DNA of 64,000 bases. Origin: Gammaproteobacteria bacterium. GTDB taxonomy: Bacteria; Pseudomonadota; Gammaproteobacteria; Ga0077536. Position numbers and translations under genes: made by a program. The DNA lies in contig JAYTTZ010000131.1 in assembly GCA_043744805.1 (NCBI GenBank), positions 5,290-69,289 on the forward strand, read 5' to 3'. Below, one piece after another: positions 9,466 to 19,162 of this stretch. Every line of letters begins with the position of its first letter. Position 1 is the first letter of the stretch. The notes beneath the pieces are model-generated. The model was not told the origin of the DNA and made no database searches. It saw only the letters and a program-made list of their open reading frames with translations.

Positions 9466-11028
9466 ATGCGGATTATCGATTTCTTCGACAAGGCAGCCGA
9501 TGCGCATCCCGCGCGCACCGCTTTCATCTCGGCCGCCGGCAGCTACAGCTATCGCGAGATGCAGGATCTCTCGCGCCGCATCGGCGGTGCCATTCAGCGC
9601 AGGGGCCTGTCGGAAGCCGGCCGCATTGCGGTCTACGCGCCCAACAATGTCCTGGCATTCGCCTGCGTGCTGGGGGCCTTCCGCGCCAACGCGACCTGGG
9701 TGCCCATCAACGCCCGCAACGCGCTGGACGCCAACATCGATTTCATGAACCTCACCGAATGCGAATGGCTGTTCTACCACGGCGTGTTCAGCGCGAACGT
9801 CGCGGCCATCCGCGCGCAAGTGCCCAGCCTGCGCCACGTCGTGTGCATCGACGCCAGCGAAGGTGGGATTGAGTCGCTCGACGCCTTCATGTGCGAAGGC
9901 GCAGGCCTTGAAGTGCCCGACATCCCCTACGACATGCATCGCATGACCACCATCCTCGGCAGCGGGGGCACCACGGGGCGATCAAAAGGCATCCTCTGGG
10001 ACAGCCTGACCTGGTCCACGCTCATCGCGGAAACCTCCATCGCGATGCCGCCGGGCAAGCAGCCGCCCGTCCATCTCTGCGCCGCGCCGATGACCCACGC
10101 TGCCGGCATCCTGGCTTTCATGCTGACCCCGCAGGCGCCCACCCACGTGGTGGTGGAGAAGGTCGATCCCCTGGAGTTGATGGAAACCATCCAGCGCCAC
10201 CGGGTGACCCACGTCTTCCTGCCGCCCACCGCGCTCTACGCCATGCTGGCGCACCCCAGGGTGCGGGAGTTCGACTACTCCTCGCTGACGCATTTCCTCA
10301 TTGCCGCATCTCCCGTCTCGCCGGACAAGTTGCGTGAGGCGGTAGAGATCTTTGGTCCCTGCATGTGCCAGTGTTACGGGCAGGTGGAAGTGCCCATGCT
10401 CGTCACCTACCTGCCGCCGGAAGAACTTGCCCGGGCGGCCACTGATCCGGCGCGCGCGCACCTGTTGAAAAGTTGCGGCAAGCCCTGCTCACTGACCCTG
10501 ATGGGCGTGATGGACGACGACGGTCAACTCGTCCCGCGCGGCGAACGCGGTGAAATCGTGGTGCGCGGTGAGCTGGTGGCGCCCTGCTACTACCAAAACC
10601 CGGAAGGCACCGCCGAGGCGCACCGCTTTGGCTGGCACCACACGGGCGACGTGGCCTGGCAGGACGACGAAGGCTATGTCTACATCGTCGATCGCAAGAA
10701 GGACATGATCATCACCGGTGGCTTCAACGTCTTCTCCGCTGAAGTCGAGAGCGCCATCAACGCGCATCCCGACGTGGAGAACTGCGCGGTGATCGGCGTG
10801 CCGGACGAGAAATGGGGCGAGATGGTCACCGCTATCGTGCTGCTGCGCCCGGGGCGTAGCGTGGCGGAGGCTGCACTCATTGAATTCGCGAGGGAGCGCC
10901 TCGGCAGCGTGAAGGCGCCGAAGAAAGTCGAGATCTGGGAGGATCTGCCGCGCTCCCCGGTCGGCAAGGTGCTCAAGACCGAAATCCGCAAGAAATTCTG
11001 GGCCGATACCGACCGCGCAGTCAATTGA
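9466..11028 (+). CDS. AMP-dependent synthetase/ligase (acyl-CoA synthetase, class I adenylate-forming enzyme)
   Basis: 520 aa. AMP-binding P-loop ILGSGGTTGRSKGI, ...GYGQVE..., and a C-terminal ...TGDVAWQDDEGYVYIVDRKKDMIITGGFNV... with a PVGKVLK tail. Confidence 0.85.
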   Translation: MRIIDFFDKAADAHPARTAFISAAGSYSYREMQDLSRRIGGAIQRRGLSEAGRIAVYAPNNVLAFACVLGAFRANATWVPINARNALDANIDFMNLTECEWLFYHGVFSANVAAIRAQVPSLRHVVCIDASEGGIESLDAFMCEGAGLEVPDIPYDMHRMTTILGSGGTTGRSKGILWDSLTWSTLIAETSIAMPPGKQPPVHLCAAPMTHAAGILAFMLTPQAPTHVVVEKVDPLELMETIQRHRVTHVFLPPTALYAMLAHPRVREFDYSSLTHFLIAASPVSPDKLREAVEIFGPCMCQCYGQVEVPMLVTYLPPEELARAATDPARAHLLKSCGKPCSLTLMGVMDDDGQLVPRGERGEIVVRGELVAPCYYQNPEGTAEAHRFGWHHTGDVAWQDDEGYVYIVDRKKDMIITGGFNVFSAEVESAINAHPDVENCAVIGVPDEKWGEMVTAIVLLRPGRSVAEAALIEFARERLGSVKAPKKVEIWEDLPRSPVGKVLKTEIRKKFWADTDRAVN

Positions 11029-11064
11029 GCGCATCATCCTCACCAAAAGCCACCAGGAGCCGCC

Positions 11065-12441
11065 ATGCACCTCCGCAAGTACGACGCTAACTACAGTCGG
11101 CGCTTTTTCCTGCAGCAGTCCGCGCGGGGCATTTTCGCCGCCGGGGTGCTGGGCTCGGTGTGGGATGCCGTCGCCGAAAACGGGGGCTTCGAGAACGCCT
11201 ACCCCGATGAACTGAAATCCATCGAGGTCTACACCAAGGGCAAGCTGAAGCCCGGCGACGTCATCGACGCCAGCAACGTGGACCTGGTGCAGGATCTACT
11301 CGATCCCATCCGGCTCATGCAGGTGAAGCAGATGGGCCGCAAGCTCGACCTGGTAGCGGCCACCACGGACATGACCAAGCTCTCGCCGGTGGACTACATC
11401 GAGGCGACCTTGCGTAACAGGGGCCAGGCGAAGCTCGACGAGAAAGGCAACATCTACACGCTGGACGGATCGCCGTGGATTGGTGGCAACCCGTTCCCGG
11501 AGCCCAGGTCCGCGCTGGAAGTGTTCGTGCCGATCACGCTGTCGTGGGGCAGGCACGACGTGTCCTTCTACATGGTGAAGGATTACGAGATCAATCCGGA
11601 CGGCGGCCAGGGTTACTACTACGAAATCGCCTGGTGCGAGATGGCCACCGTGGCACGCGTCACCCTCGATCCAAAACCCTACATGAAAGGCGCCGAGAAG
11701 CTGCTGCGCTACCAGTCGGTGTTCTTCAACTACCCCAACGATGCCAAGGGCACGTCCTTCCTCAACATCTGGTCCTATGACCAATCGCAGTTCCCCGAAC
11801 TCATGGGCTACCTGCCGGCTTTCAAGCGCGTGCGGCGGTTCCCGTCGAGCCAGCGTTTCGAGCCGCTGATCCCGGGCACCACCTTGTACCTCTCGGATGC
11901 CTGGGCGGCCGGCGATCCCTATCTCACCTGGGGCAACTTCAAGATCGTCGGGCGCGGGCCCTTCCTGGCCGGGCTGACGCAGAACTGGAACAGCGCCGAT
12001 CCGAACTGGGAAGGCAAGACGCACGGTGGACCCAAGGGCCTCACGTTCTGGGACACCAAGGTGGAACTCGTGCCCGAAGTCATCGTGGTGGATGCCGAGC
12101 CCACGTTCTATCCGCAGGCGCCGGTGGGCAAGAAGCGCGTGTGGTTCGATGCGCGCACCCTGCTGCCGGTGAACATGGTCACCTACGACCGCCGGGGCGA
12201 GCCGTTCAAATCCTTCGACGGGTGTTATTCGCTGTACGAAGACGGCGACAAGAAGGTGATGGACGGCAAGAACCCGTACTGGTCATGGGTCAACGTGCAT
12301 GCCCACGACGTGCAGAGCAATCGCATGACCCGTCTGGAGCAGACGCGAACGATCCGTGGTGGTTACGAGATGAAGGTCAACGACCAGGGCCTCTACGACC
12401 AGTACCTGACCGAAGCCGCCATCCGTCGTCTGGGTACCTGA
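11065..12441 (+). CDS. DUF1329-like (LolA-like fold) periplasmic protein
   Basis: 458 aa. N-terminal twin-arginine-like signal (YSRRFFLQQSARGIFAAGVLGS). The size and its co-occurrence with a DUF1302-like OMP and an RND/Ycf48 pair match the known DUF1302/DUF1329 association. Family call is from memory. Confidence 0.5.
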   Translation: MHLRKYDANYSRRFFLQQSARGIFAAGVLGSVWDAVAENGGFENAYPDELKSIEVYTKGKLKPGDVIDASNVDLVQDLLDPIRLMQVKQMGRKLDLVAATTDMTKLSPVDYIEATLRNRGQAKLDEKGNIYTLDGSPWIGGNPFPEPRSALEVFVPITLSWGRHDVSFYMVKDYEINPDGGQGYYYEIAWCEMATVARVTLDPKPYMKGAEKLLRYQSVFFNYPNDAKGTSFLNIWSYDQSQFPELMGYLPAFKRVRRFPSSQRFEPLIPGTTLYLSDAWAAGDPYLTWGNFKIVGRGPFLAGLTQNWNSADPNWEGKTHGGPKGLTFWDTKVELVPEVIVVDAEPTFYPQAPVGKKRVWFDARTLLPVNMVTYDRRGEPFKSFDGCYSLYEDGDKKVMDGKNPYWSWVNVHAHDVQSNRMTRLEQTRTIRGGYEMKVNDQGLYDQYLTEAAIRRLGT

Positions 12442-12448
12442 AGGCAGC

Positions 12449-12480
12449 GCGCGCCGGCCTGTATCGGGCCCGGCGCGTCA
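12449..12480. terminator. Putative bidirectional terminator hairpin between convergent genes
   Basis: CGCGCCGG...CCGGCGCG inverted repeat between the stop of the DUF1329 gene (+) and the stop of the thiolase gene (-). Confidence 0.3.
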
Positions 12481-12493
12481 TGGAACCAGCCTG

Positions 12494-13732
12494 CTAACGG
12501 CCCAGCACCGTCACCGCCACCACGGCTTCTTCCACGCCAATCACGCCGCCACCGTTCTGCGCCAGCGCGATCTTCGCGCCTTCCACCTGCCGTAAGCCGG
12601 CTTCACCACGCAATTGGGTCACCAGTTCGAAGATCTGCCCCAAGCCCGTCGCGCCGATGGGATGGCCCTTGCACTCAAGGCCACCGGAGACATTCACCGG
12701 CAGGCGCCCACCCAGCGACAGCTCCCCGCGCTCGGCTGCAGGGCCAGCATCGCCGAGGGCGCTTAGTCCCAGCGCTTCCACTTCGATGATTTCACCCATC
12801 GCCGTGGCGTCGTGCACTTCGGCCAACGAGATGTCGCCAGGACCAATGCCGGCCGCCGCCCAGGCGCGGCGCGCGGCGTGTGCGGTGGCGTGGTTGGCAT
12901 AGTCCTCGGGCTGCCGGTCGCTGCCGGTCTGCAGCACGCTGGCGAGCACGCGCATGGCGCGGCCCTGCCGGCCCTGCAACCTGGCCAGGCCCGCCGCATT
13001 GCAGACGATGGCCGCCGCGGCGCCGTCGCTCACGGGCGAGCACATCGGCAGGGTCAGTGGATAGACGATCGGCGCGGCGGCCATCACCTCGTCGATCGAG
13101 AACGGCTTGCGATACTGAGCCAGCGGATTGTGGACGGAGTGCTGGTGGTTCTTGGCGGCAACGGCGGCAAGCTGTCGCTTCGTGGTGCCGAAGGTCTTCA
13201 TGTGCAGCCTGCAGAAGCCGGCGTAGACGTCCATGAAGACGCTGTAGGGTTTGTCGGAGGTGGTGCCAGGCGGGACTTCGACGCCAGCGCCCATGCGGAC
13301 AAGCGTGTCCCGGTTGTGCTCCACGGTGTGGACGTCCCAGGCGCCGTCGAAGGCGCTGAACATGCGGGCCCGGTCGGGTGAGTACATTTTCTCCGCGCCG
13401 ATGGCGAGCACGATGTCGGCAGCGCCGGCCTGCACGTAGTTGACGGCAAGGTGGAACGCGGTACTGCCGGTGGCGCAGGCGTTCTCGACGTTGATCACCG
13501 GTACGCGCTGGATGCCACATTCCCGCAGGGCGATTTCACCACGCACCATGTCCTGGCCTTCCATGTGGCCCTGCACGCAATTGCCGTAGAACACCGCCTG
13601 GAGGTCGCTGGTCCCGGCGCCGGCGTCGGCCAGCACGCCGGCCAGTGCCTCGGCGGCCAGTTGTTTGATGGATCGATCGAGCTGCTTGCCGAAAGGCGTC
13701 ATGCTGACGCCGGCTACGAATACCGTATTCAT
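12494..13732 (-). CDS. Thiolase-family protein (SCP2-type thiolase / acetyl-CoA C-acyltransferase-like)
   Basis: Thiolase active-site context ...NVENACATGSTAFHLA... with the Cys nucleophile, and a C-terminal ...GGLECKGHPIGATGLGQIFEL... The chosen start is the internal MNTVFVAGVSMTPFGK; the ORF track extends to 13756. Confidence 0.85.
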   Translation of the reverse strand: MNTVFVAGVSMTPFGKQLDRSIKQLAAEALAGVLADAGAGTSDLQAVFYGNCVQGHMEGQDMVRGEIALRECGIQRVPVINVENACATGSTAFHLAVNYVQAGAADIVLAIGAEKMYSPDRARMFSAFDGAWDVHTVEHNRDTLVRMGAGVEVPPGTTSDKPYSVFMDVYAGFCRLHMKTFGTTKRQLAAVAAKNHQHSVHNPLAQYRKPFSIDEVMAAAPIVYPLTLPMCSPVSDGAAAAIVCNAAGLARLQGRQGRAMRVLASVLQTGSDRQPEDYANHATAHAARRAWAAAGIGPGDISLAEVHDATAMGEIIEVEALGLSALGDAGPAAERGELSLGGRLPVNVSGGLECKGHPIGATGLGQIFELVTQLRGEAGLRQVEGAKIALAQNGGGVIGVEEAVVAVTVLGR

Positions 13733-13821
13733 GTTTGGTTCCTCCCGTGCCAGCATGTTAACTGCTGGGCGAAAGCGTCGCGACGCACCCGCAACGATTG
13801 CCCCGTCCCCGGTGATGCCGG

Positions 13822-14466
13822 GTGTCCAGGAGACCCTGCTTGACTGCTCGCAAGACCCCTCCGCGCCTGCGCGCGCAAGACGAACCCGCGCTAGCCCCCG
13901 TTCCCGCGACGGACGATGGTCTCATCGGTGCCAAGCTGCGCGGCCTGCGTCACCGGCTTGGGCGCACCATGGCCGAGGTGTCGGCGTCCGCCGGGATTTC
14001 CGTTGGACACCTCAGCCAGCTCGAACGCGATCTCGTCTCGCCGTCCATCAAGACCCTGCACGATCTTAGCCGCGCGCTCGGGGTCACCATCTCCTGGTTC
14101 TTCACGCCACAGGCGCCGGTGGATCGCGTGGGCCAGTACGTGGTGCGGCACGGTGCACGCCGCCACATCAGCTTTGCCGAGGGCATCGACGACTACCAGC
14201 TTAATGCCCTCGCCGTCCGCCAGATTGGCCTCCTGTACTCCACCTTCGCGCCGGGATCTTCCAGCGGTGAAAGCCCCTACACCCACGAGGGCGAGGAAGC
14301 CGGGCTCGTGATCGCCGGCAAGCTTGAGCTCTGGATCGACGGCGTCACCGTCCTGCTGGAAGCGGGTGACAGCTTCGGCTTCCCGAGCACTTGCCCCCAC
14401 CGCTACCGCAACCCCGGCCGCCACAAATCGGTGGTGGTGTGGGCGATGACGCCGCCCACCTATTGA
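13822..14466 (+). CDS. XRE-family HTH transcriptional regulator with a C-terminal cupin domain
   Basis: HTH_XRE region LRGLRHRLGRTMAEVSASAGISVGHLSQLERD followed by a cupin fold (...GEEAGLVIAGKLELWIDG...GDSFGFPSTCPHRYRNPG). Divergent from the thiolase gene and upstream of the dehydrogenase/hydantoinase genes. The start codon is uncertain (GTG). Confidence 0.75.
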   Translation: MSRRPCLTARKTPPRLRAQDEPALAPVPATDDGLIGAKLRGLRHRLGRTMAEVSASAGISVGHLSQLERDLVSPSIKTLHDLSRALGVTISWFFTPQAPVDRVGQYVVRHGARRHISFAEGIDDYQLNALAVRQIGLLYSTFAPGSSSGESPYTHEGEEAGLVIAGKLELWIDGVTVLLEAGDSFGFPSTCPHRYRNPGRHKSVVVWAMTPPTY

Positions 14467-14596
14467 ACCCGGCGGCGAGCCGTCAGCCAGGCGCGGGAGA
14501 ATTTCTTTATTTGAAGAATTAACTACTTTTTTATTGAGATCTGAATACTCCTTGGCTATCGTGCCTCGAGCCCCTACCGACCACGAGTTCGTCCCC

Positions 14597-17047
14597 ATGA
14601 GCAAACCCCTTCCGTCCAGCGCGCGTGTCGTCATCATCGGTGGCGGGGTCATTGGCTGTTCAATCGCCTACCATCTGACCAAGCTCGGCTGGAAGGACGT
14701 GGTGCTGCTGGAGCGCAAGCAGCTCACGAGCGGCACCACCTGGCACGCGGCCGGGCTCCTTACCACGCTACGCGACACCGAAGCGCAGACCCGGCTCGCC
14801 AAGTACACCCAGGAACTCTACCGCCAGCTTGAGGCCGAGACCGGGCAGGCTACCGGGCTCATCCAGTGCGGATCCATCCAGCTCGCCATGACGCAGGAAA
14901 AGGCCCATGAAATGCGGCGGGGCTGCGCCATGGCGGCGTGCTTCGGCGTGCAGAGCCACGAAATCACGCCGGCCGAAGTAACCGCCATGTGGCCGCTGGC
15001 GGACGTCGGCAACGTGCAGGCGGCCTTCCATTTCCCCGACGATGGCCGCGTCAACCCGGCGGACGTGGCGATGGCGCTGGCCAAGGGTGCGCGCATGGGC
15101 GGGGCCCGCATCTTCGAGAACACCAAGGTCAGCGGCATCGAGAAGTCCAACGGGGTGGTGACCGGCGTGCGCACCGAGCAGGGCGACATCAAGGCGGAAT
15201 TCGTCGTGAACTGCGCGGGCATGTGGGCGCGGGCAGTCGGCAACCTGGCCGGCGTCGACGTGCCGCTGCAGGCCTGCGAGCACTACTACCTCATCTCCGA
15301 GGCCGTGGAAGGGGTGCATCGCATGCTGCCCATCCTGCGCGATCCCGGGAACTCGGCTTACATCCGCGAAGAGGCCGGCAAGATCATGGTCGGCTACTTC
15401 GAACCGGTGGCCAAACCCTGGGGTATGGACGGCATCCCGGAAGACTTCTGCTTCACCGACATCCAGGCCGACTGGGATCGCATGATGCCCGTCGTCGAGA
15501 AGGCCATGTCCCGTGTGCCGACGCTCCTCGACCACGGCATCAAGCTGTTCTTCTGCGGCCCCGAATCCTTCACCCCGGACCACAACTACCTGATGGGCCC
15601 GGCACCCCACCTCAAGAACTTCTTCGTCGCTGCCGGCATGAACTCGCTGGGCATCCTCTCGGGCGGCGGCGTGGGCATGGTGATGGCGCACTGGATTGCC
15701 ACGGGGCTGCCGCCGATGGACATGTGGTCGGTGGACATCCGCCGCACCCACGCCTGGCAGAACAACCCGCGCTACCTGCACGATCGCAACGTGGAAGCGC
15801 TTGGCATCGGTTACCAGGACCACTGGCCCTTCAGGCAATGGACCACCGCGCGCGGCGTCAAGAAAAGCGTTCTCCACGATCGCCTCGCGGCCGCCGGCGC
15901 GTGCTTTGGTGAATCCGCCGGCTGGGAACGCCCCAACTGGTATGCGCGTCCCGGCCAGGCGCCGGAATACGCATACGCCTGGGGCCGGCAGAACTGGTTC
16001 GACAACAACGCCGATGAACATCGCGCGGTGCGCGAGGCAGTGGGCGTGTTCGAGCAAACCTCCTTTTCCAAGTTCCTCGTGCAGGGTCGCGACGCCGAGC
16101 GCGTGCTGAATGCAATGACCACGGCCTCGATGTCGGTGCCGCCGGGCCGCGTGGTCTACACCCAGTTCCTGAATGCGCTGGGGGGCATCGAGGCCGACCT
16201 CACCGTGACCCGCCTCGACGCGGATCGCTACCTGGTGATGGCCGCGGCGTTCACGCATACGCACGTCGAGGCGCTCATCCGCAACCAGATCCCGGAAGAC
16301 GCCCGCTGCGTGATCACGGACGTCTCCGGCAGTTGGTCGATGCTGAACCTGCAGGGCCCACGCTCGCGCGCACTCCTCCAGGCGCTCTCATCGCACGATT
16401 TCTCCAACACGGCCTTCCCTTACGGCGCCGCGCAGGAAATCCAGATCGGTTACCAGACCCTGCTGGCCCAACGCCTGAGCTATGCCGGCGAGCTGGGTTA
16501 CGAGCTCTACATTCCCACGGCCTTCACCCTGCCTGTCTACGACGCGCTGGTGGAGGCGGGCGCGGCCTTCGGCCTGCGCCATTGCGGCTACCATGCGCTC
16601 AACTCGCTGCGCATTGAAAAAGCGTATCGCGAATGGGCGCACGACATCGGCCCGCAGGATTCCCCGCTGGAAGCCGGGCTCGATTTCGCCTGCGCGTGGA
16701 ACAAGCCGGGTGGCTTCGTCGGCCGTGACGCCTTGCTGCGCCAACGCGACGCAGGCCTGCCCAAGCGCCGACTGGTCCAGTTCGTGCTGGAAGATCCGGC
16801 ACCAATGCTTTACCACAACGAGCCGGTGTGGCGGGACGGGGCATTGAACGGCTATACCACTTCGGCGATGTACGGACACACCCTGGGCGCTTCCCTGGCG
16901 CTGGCCTATGTGTCCTGCGACGAGGGCGTGACGGATGCGTACATCACCGGCGCCCGGTATGAAATCGAAATCGCGGGCGAGCGCCATGCGGCGCGCGTCG
17001 CGCTCAAGCCGCTGTACGATCCGCAAGGCCTTCGCCTGCGCGGCTGA
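14597..17047 (+). CDS. FAD-dependent oxidoreductase fused to a GcvT-like aminomethyltransferase domain (dimethylglycine/sarcosine dehydrogenase family)
   Basis: Rossmann dinucleotide motif VVIIGGGVIGCSIAYHL at the N-terminus. The ~816 aa length and a C-terminal GcvT-like region (...AYREWAHDIGPQDSPLEAGLDF...) match the DMGDH/SARDH architecture. ATG at 14597 chosen over the TTG at 14534. Confidence 0.8.
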   Translation: MSKPLPSSARVVIIGGGVIGCSIAYHLTKLGWKDVVLLERKQLTSGTTWHAAGLLTTLRDTEAQTRLAKYTQELYRQLEAETGQATGLIQCGSIQLAMTQEKAHEMRRGCAMAACFGVQSHEITPAEVTAMWPLADVGNVQAAFHFPDDGRVNPADVAMALAKGARMGGARIFENTKVSGIEKSNGVVTGVRTEQGDIKAEFVVNCAGMWARAVGNLAGVDVPLQACEHYYLISEAVEGVHRMLPILRDPGNSAYIREEAGKIMVGYFEPVAKPWGMDGIPEDFCFTDIQADWDRMMPVVEKAMSRVPTLLDHGIKLFFCGPESFTPDHNYLMGPAPHLKNFFVAAGMNSLGILSGGGVGMVMAHWIATGLPPMDMWSVDIRRTHAWQNNPRYLHDRNVEALGIGYQDHWPFRQWTTARGVKKSVLHDRLAAAGACFGESAGWERPNWYARPGQAPEYAYAWGRQNWFDNNADEHRAVREAVGVFEQTSFSKFLVQGRDAERVLNAMTTASMSVPPGRVVYTQFLNALGGIEADLTVTRLDADRYLVMAAAFTHTHVEALIRNQIPEDARCVITDVSGSWSMLNLQGPRSRALLQALSSHDFSNTAFPYGAAQEIQIGYQTLLAQRLSYAGELGYELYIPTAFTLPVYDALVEAGAAFGLRHCGYHALNSLRIEKAYREWAHDIGPQDSPLEAGLDFACAWNKPGGFVGRDALLRQRDAGLPKRRLVQFVLEDPAPMLYHNEPVWRDGALNGYTTSAMYGHTLGASLALAYVSCDEGVTDAYITGARYEIEIAGERHAARVALKPLYDPQGLRLRG

Positions 17048-17098
17048 CGCGTTGTGTTTAACAGGACCAGAGACAGATAGCAGCAAAGGAAGCAACCC

Positions 17099-19138
17099 AT
17101 GTGGCGTGTAGGCATCGACGTAGGCGGGACGTTCACCGATTTGTACGCGTGGAATGACGAGACCCGCGAGCAGGTCACTTCCAAGGTCCTCACTACGCGC
17201 CCCGACCGCGCGTCGGGGGTCATCAACGCCATTCGCGAAGCAGGAATCTCCTTCCAGCAGATTTCGCACCTGATGCATGGCACCACCACCGCGACCAACG
17301 CGCTCATCGAACGCGACTATCCGGATCCGGCGATGGTCACCACCGAGGGCTTCCGCGACACCATCGAGATTGGCCGCCAGCATCGCGAGCACTTGTACGA
17401 TCCCTACCAGGTCAAGCCGCGCCCTATCATCAAGCGCCGCTTCCGCTACACGGTCAATGAACGCACCGACGCGCAGGGCGCCGTGGTAAGGCCGCTCGTC
17501 CGCGCCGATGCGCTGGCCGTGGCGGAGAAGATCAAGGCGGCCAACATCAAGTCCGTCGCGGTGGCCTTCATCAACGCCTACTGCAACGGCCAGCACGAAC
17601 GCGAGATGCGCGACATCATCCGCGAAGTGAACCCCGACACCTGGGTGGTGATTTCCTCCGAAACATGCCCGGTGTTCCGCGAGCACGGCCGCTTCTGCAC
17701 CACCGCGATCCGCGCGGCGATCATCCCCGTGATGGAAGTCTATTTCGCGCGGCTCGAGGCCGCATTGAAGGGCGAAGGTTTCGGCGGATCGCTCCTGATC
17801 CTCAAAAGCAGCGGTGGCATCACGGGCGTCGACTACGCCCGCCAGCATCCGGAAGAACTCATCGAATCAGGTCCTGCCGGCGGCGTGGCCTATGCGGGCT
17901 ACCTGAGCCAGCTCTGCGGTTACCCCAACATCATCCACACTGACGTCGGTGGGACGAGTTTCGACGTCTCCATCGTCGAGAACGGCAAGGGGCTCATCAC
18001 CCGCGACCACGAGATTGAATGGGAAATCCCCTGCATCGTGCCCATGCTCGACATCCACAGCGTGGGTGCCGGCGGGGGCTCCATCGGCTGGATCGACGAA
18101 GGTGGCTCGCTCCGCGCCGGCCCGCGCAGCGCCGGCTCAAGCCCGGGTCCGGCGTGCTACGGCCTCGGCGGCATCGAACCCACCATCACCGACGCCAACC
18201 TGCTGCTCGGTCGCATTGAGCCTACCCTGGGCGGCAAGATGACGCTCGACCATGCCGCGGCGGAAGCCTCGATGGCACGCCTTGCGGTGGAGATCGGACT
18301 GTCCACTATCGAGACGGCCGACGGCATGATCCGCATCGGTTGCGAGAACATGGCCCAGGCCGTCAAGAAAGTGCTGGTCTCGCGCGGCCGCGACCCGCGC
18401 GACTTCGTCCTGGCGAGCTTCGGCGGTGCCGGCACCATGCATGCCTGTTTCGTGGCCGAGTCGCTGAACATCCCGCGCGTCATCATGCCCATCCACGCGG
18501 GGGTTGCCTCCGCTTTTGGTGCGACGGCCATGGATCTCCGGCACGACCTCGAAGCCTTCTACTTCTCTCCGGTAGCCTCGGCCGACCTCTCGACGGTCAA
18601 CACCCTCTACGCGGATCTCGAGGCAGAAGGCGTACGCCTGCTCGAAGCCGACGGGGTGTCCCGCGACCGGATTGAAATCCGGCGCACCGCGCAGATGCGC
18701 TACGTTGGCCAGTCCTACGAAGTGGAAACGCCCATGCCCAGCCAGGCGCTGGGCGCCGGGGACATCCCGGCGGTCGAGGCGCTGTTCCACCAGTGCCACG
18801 AGCGGGAGTATGGTGTGAGCTCCAGCGACTTCGCGCCCGCGCTGGTGTCGGTGGCCGTGACCGTCACCGGCCGCATGGAGGCGCCACCGGCCGTAGAGAT
18901 CGGGGCGCAGGGCGGTGAGCAGGTCAAGGGCGAGCGGCAGATCTGGTTCAACCGCGCATGGCACGCCAGCACGGTTTACAACGGCCACGCCCTGCCGCCA
19001 GACGCCAAGGTGTCCGGCCCCTGCATCGTCGAGTACGAACATGCCTGCGCCGTGCTGCCACCGCAGGCAATCGCTACCGTCGATCGCTTCGGCAACCTCG
19101 TGATCGACCTCAGCCGCAACCTGGTTTCCAACGCTTGA
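17099..19138 (+). CDS. hyuA: Hydantoinase/oxoprolinase family A subunit (HyuA-like, ATP-dependent)
   Basis: 679 aa. N-terminal MWRVGIDVGGTFTDLY is the ASKHA/hydantoinase_A signature. ...DVGGTSFDVSIVENG... is a second nucleotide-binding motif. Confidence 0.85.
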   Translation: MWRVGIDVGGTFTDLYAWNDETREQVTSKVLTTRPDRASGVINAIREAGISFQQISHLMHGTTTATNALIERDYPDPAMVTTEGFRDTIEIGRQHREHLYDPYQVKPRPIIKRRFRYTVNERTDAQGAVVRPLVRADALAVAEKIKAANIKSVAVAFINAYCNGQHEREMRDIIREVNPDTWVVISSETCPVFREHGRFCTTAIRAAIIPVMEVYFARLEAALKGEGFGGSLLILKSSGGITGVDYARQHPEELIESGPAGGVAYAGYLSQLCGYPNIIHTDVGGTSFDVSIVENGKGLITRDHEIEWEIPCIVPMLDIHSVGAGGGSIGWIDEGGSLRAGPRSAGSSPGPACYGLGGIEPTITDANLLLGRIEPTLGGKMTLDHAAAEASMARLAVEIGLSTIETADGMIRIGCENMAQAVKKVLVSRGRDPRDFVLASFGGAGTMHACFVAESLNIPRVIMPIHAGVASAFGATAMDLRHDLEAFYFSPVASADLSTVNTLYADLEAEGVRLLEADGVSRDRIEIRRTAQMRYVGQSYEVETPMPSQALGAGDIPAVEALFHQCHEREYGVSSSDFAPALVSVAVTVTGRMEAPPAVEIGAQGGEQVKGERQIWFNRAWHASTVYNGHALPPDAKVSGPCIVEYEHACAVLPPQAIATVDRFGNLVIDLSRNLVSNA

Positions 19139-19162
19139 ACACACCGCTCCGGGAGAAGTGAA

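Noticed and set aside
8539-9939. 466-aa ORF on the - strand
   Set aside because: It is antisense to the 3' end of the large helical protein gene and the 5' end of the acyl-CoA synthetase gene. It has no motifs and is a shadow ORF.
14768-16264. 498-aa ORF on the - strand
   Set aside because: It is antisense to the DMGDH-family gene, which carries a clear FAD Rossmann motif. The composition is typical of GC3-driven antisense frames.
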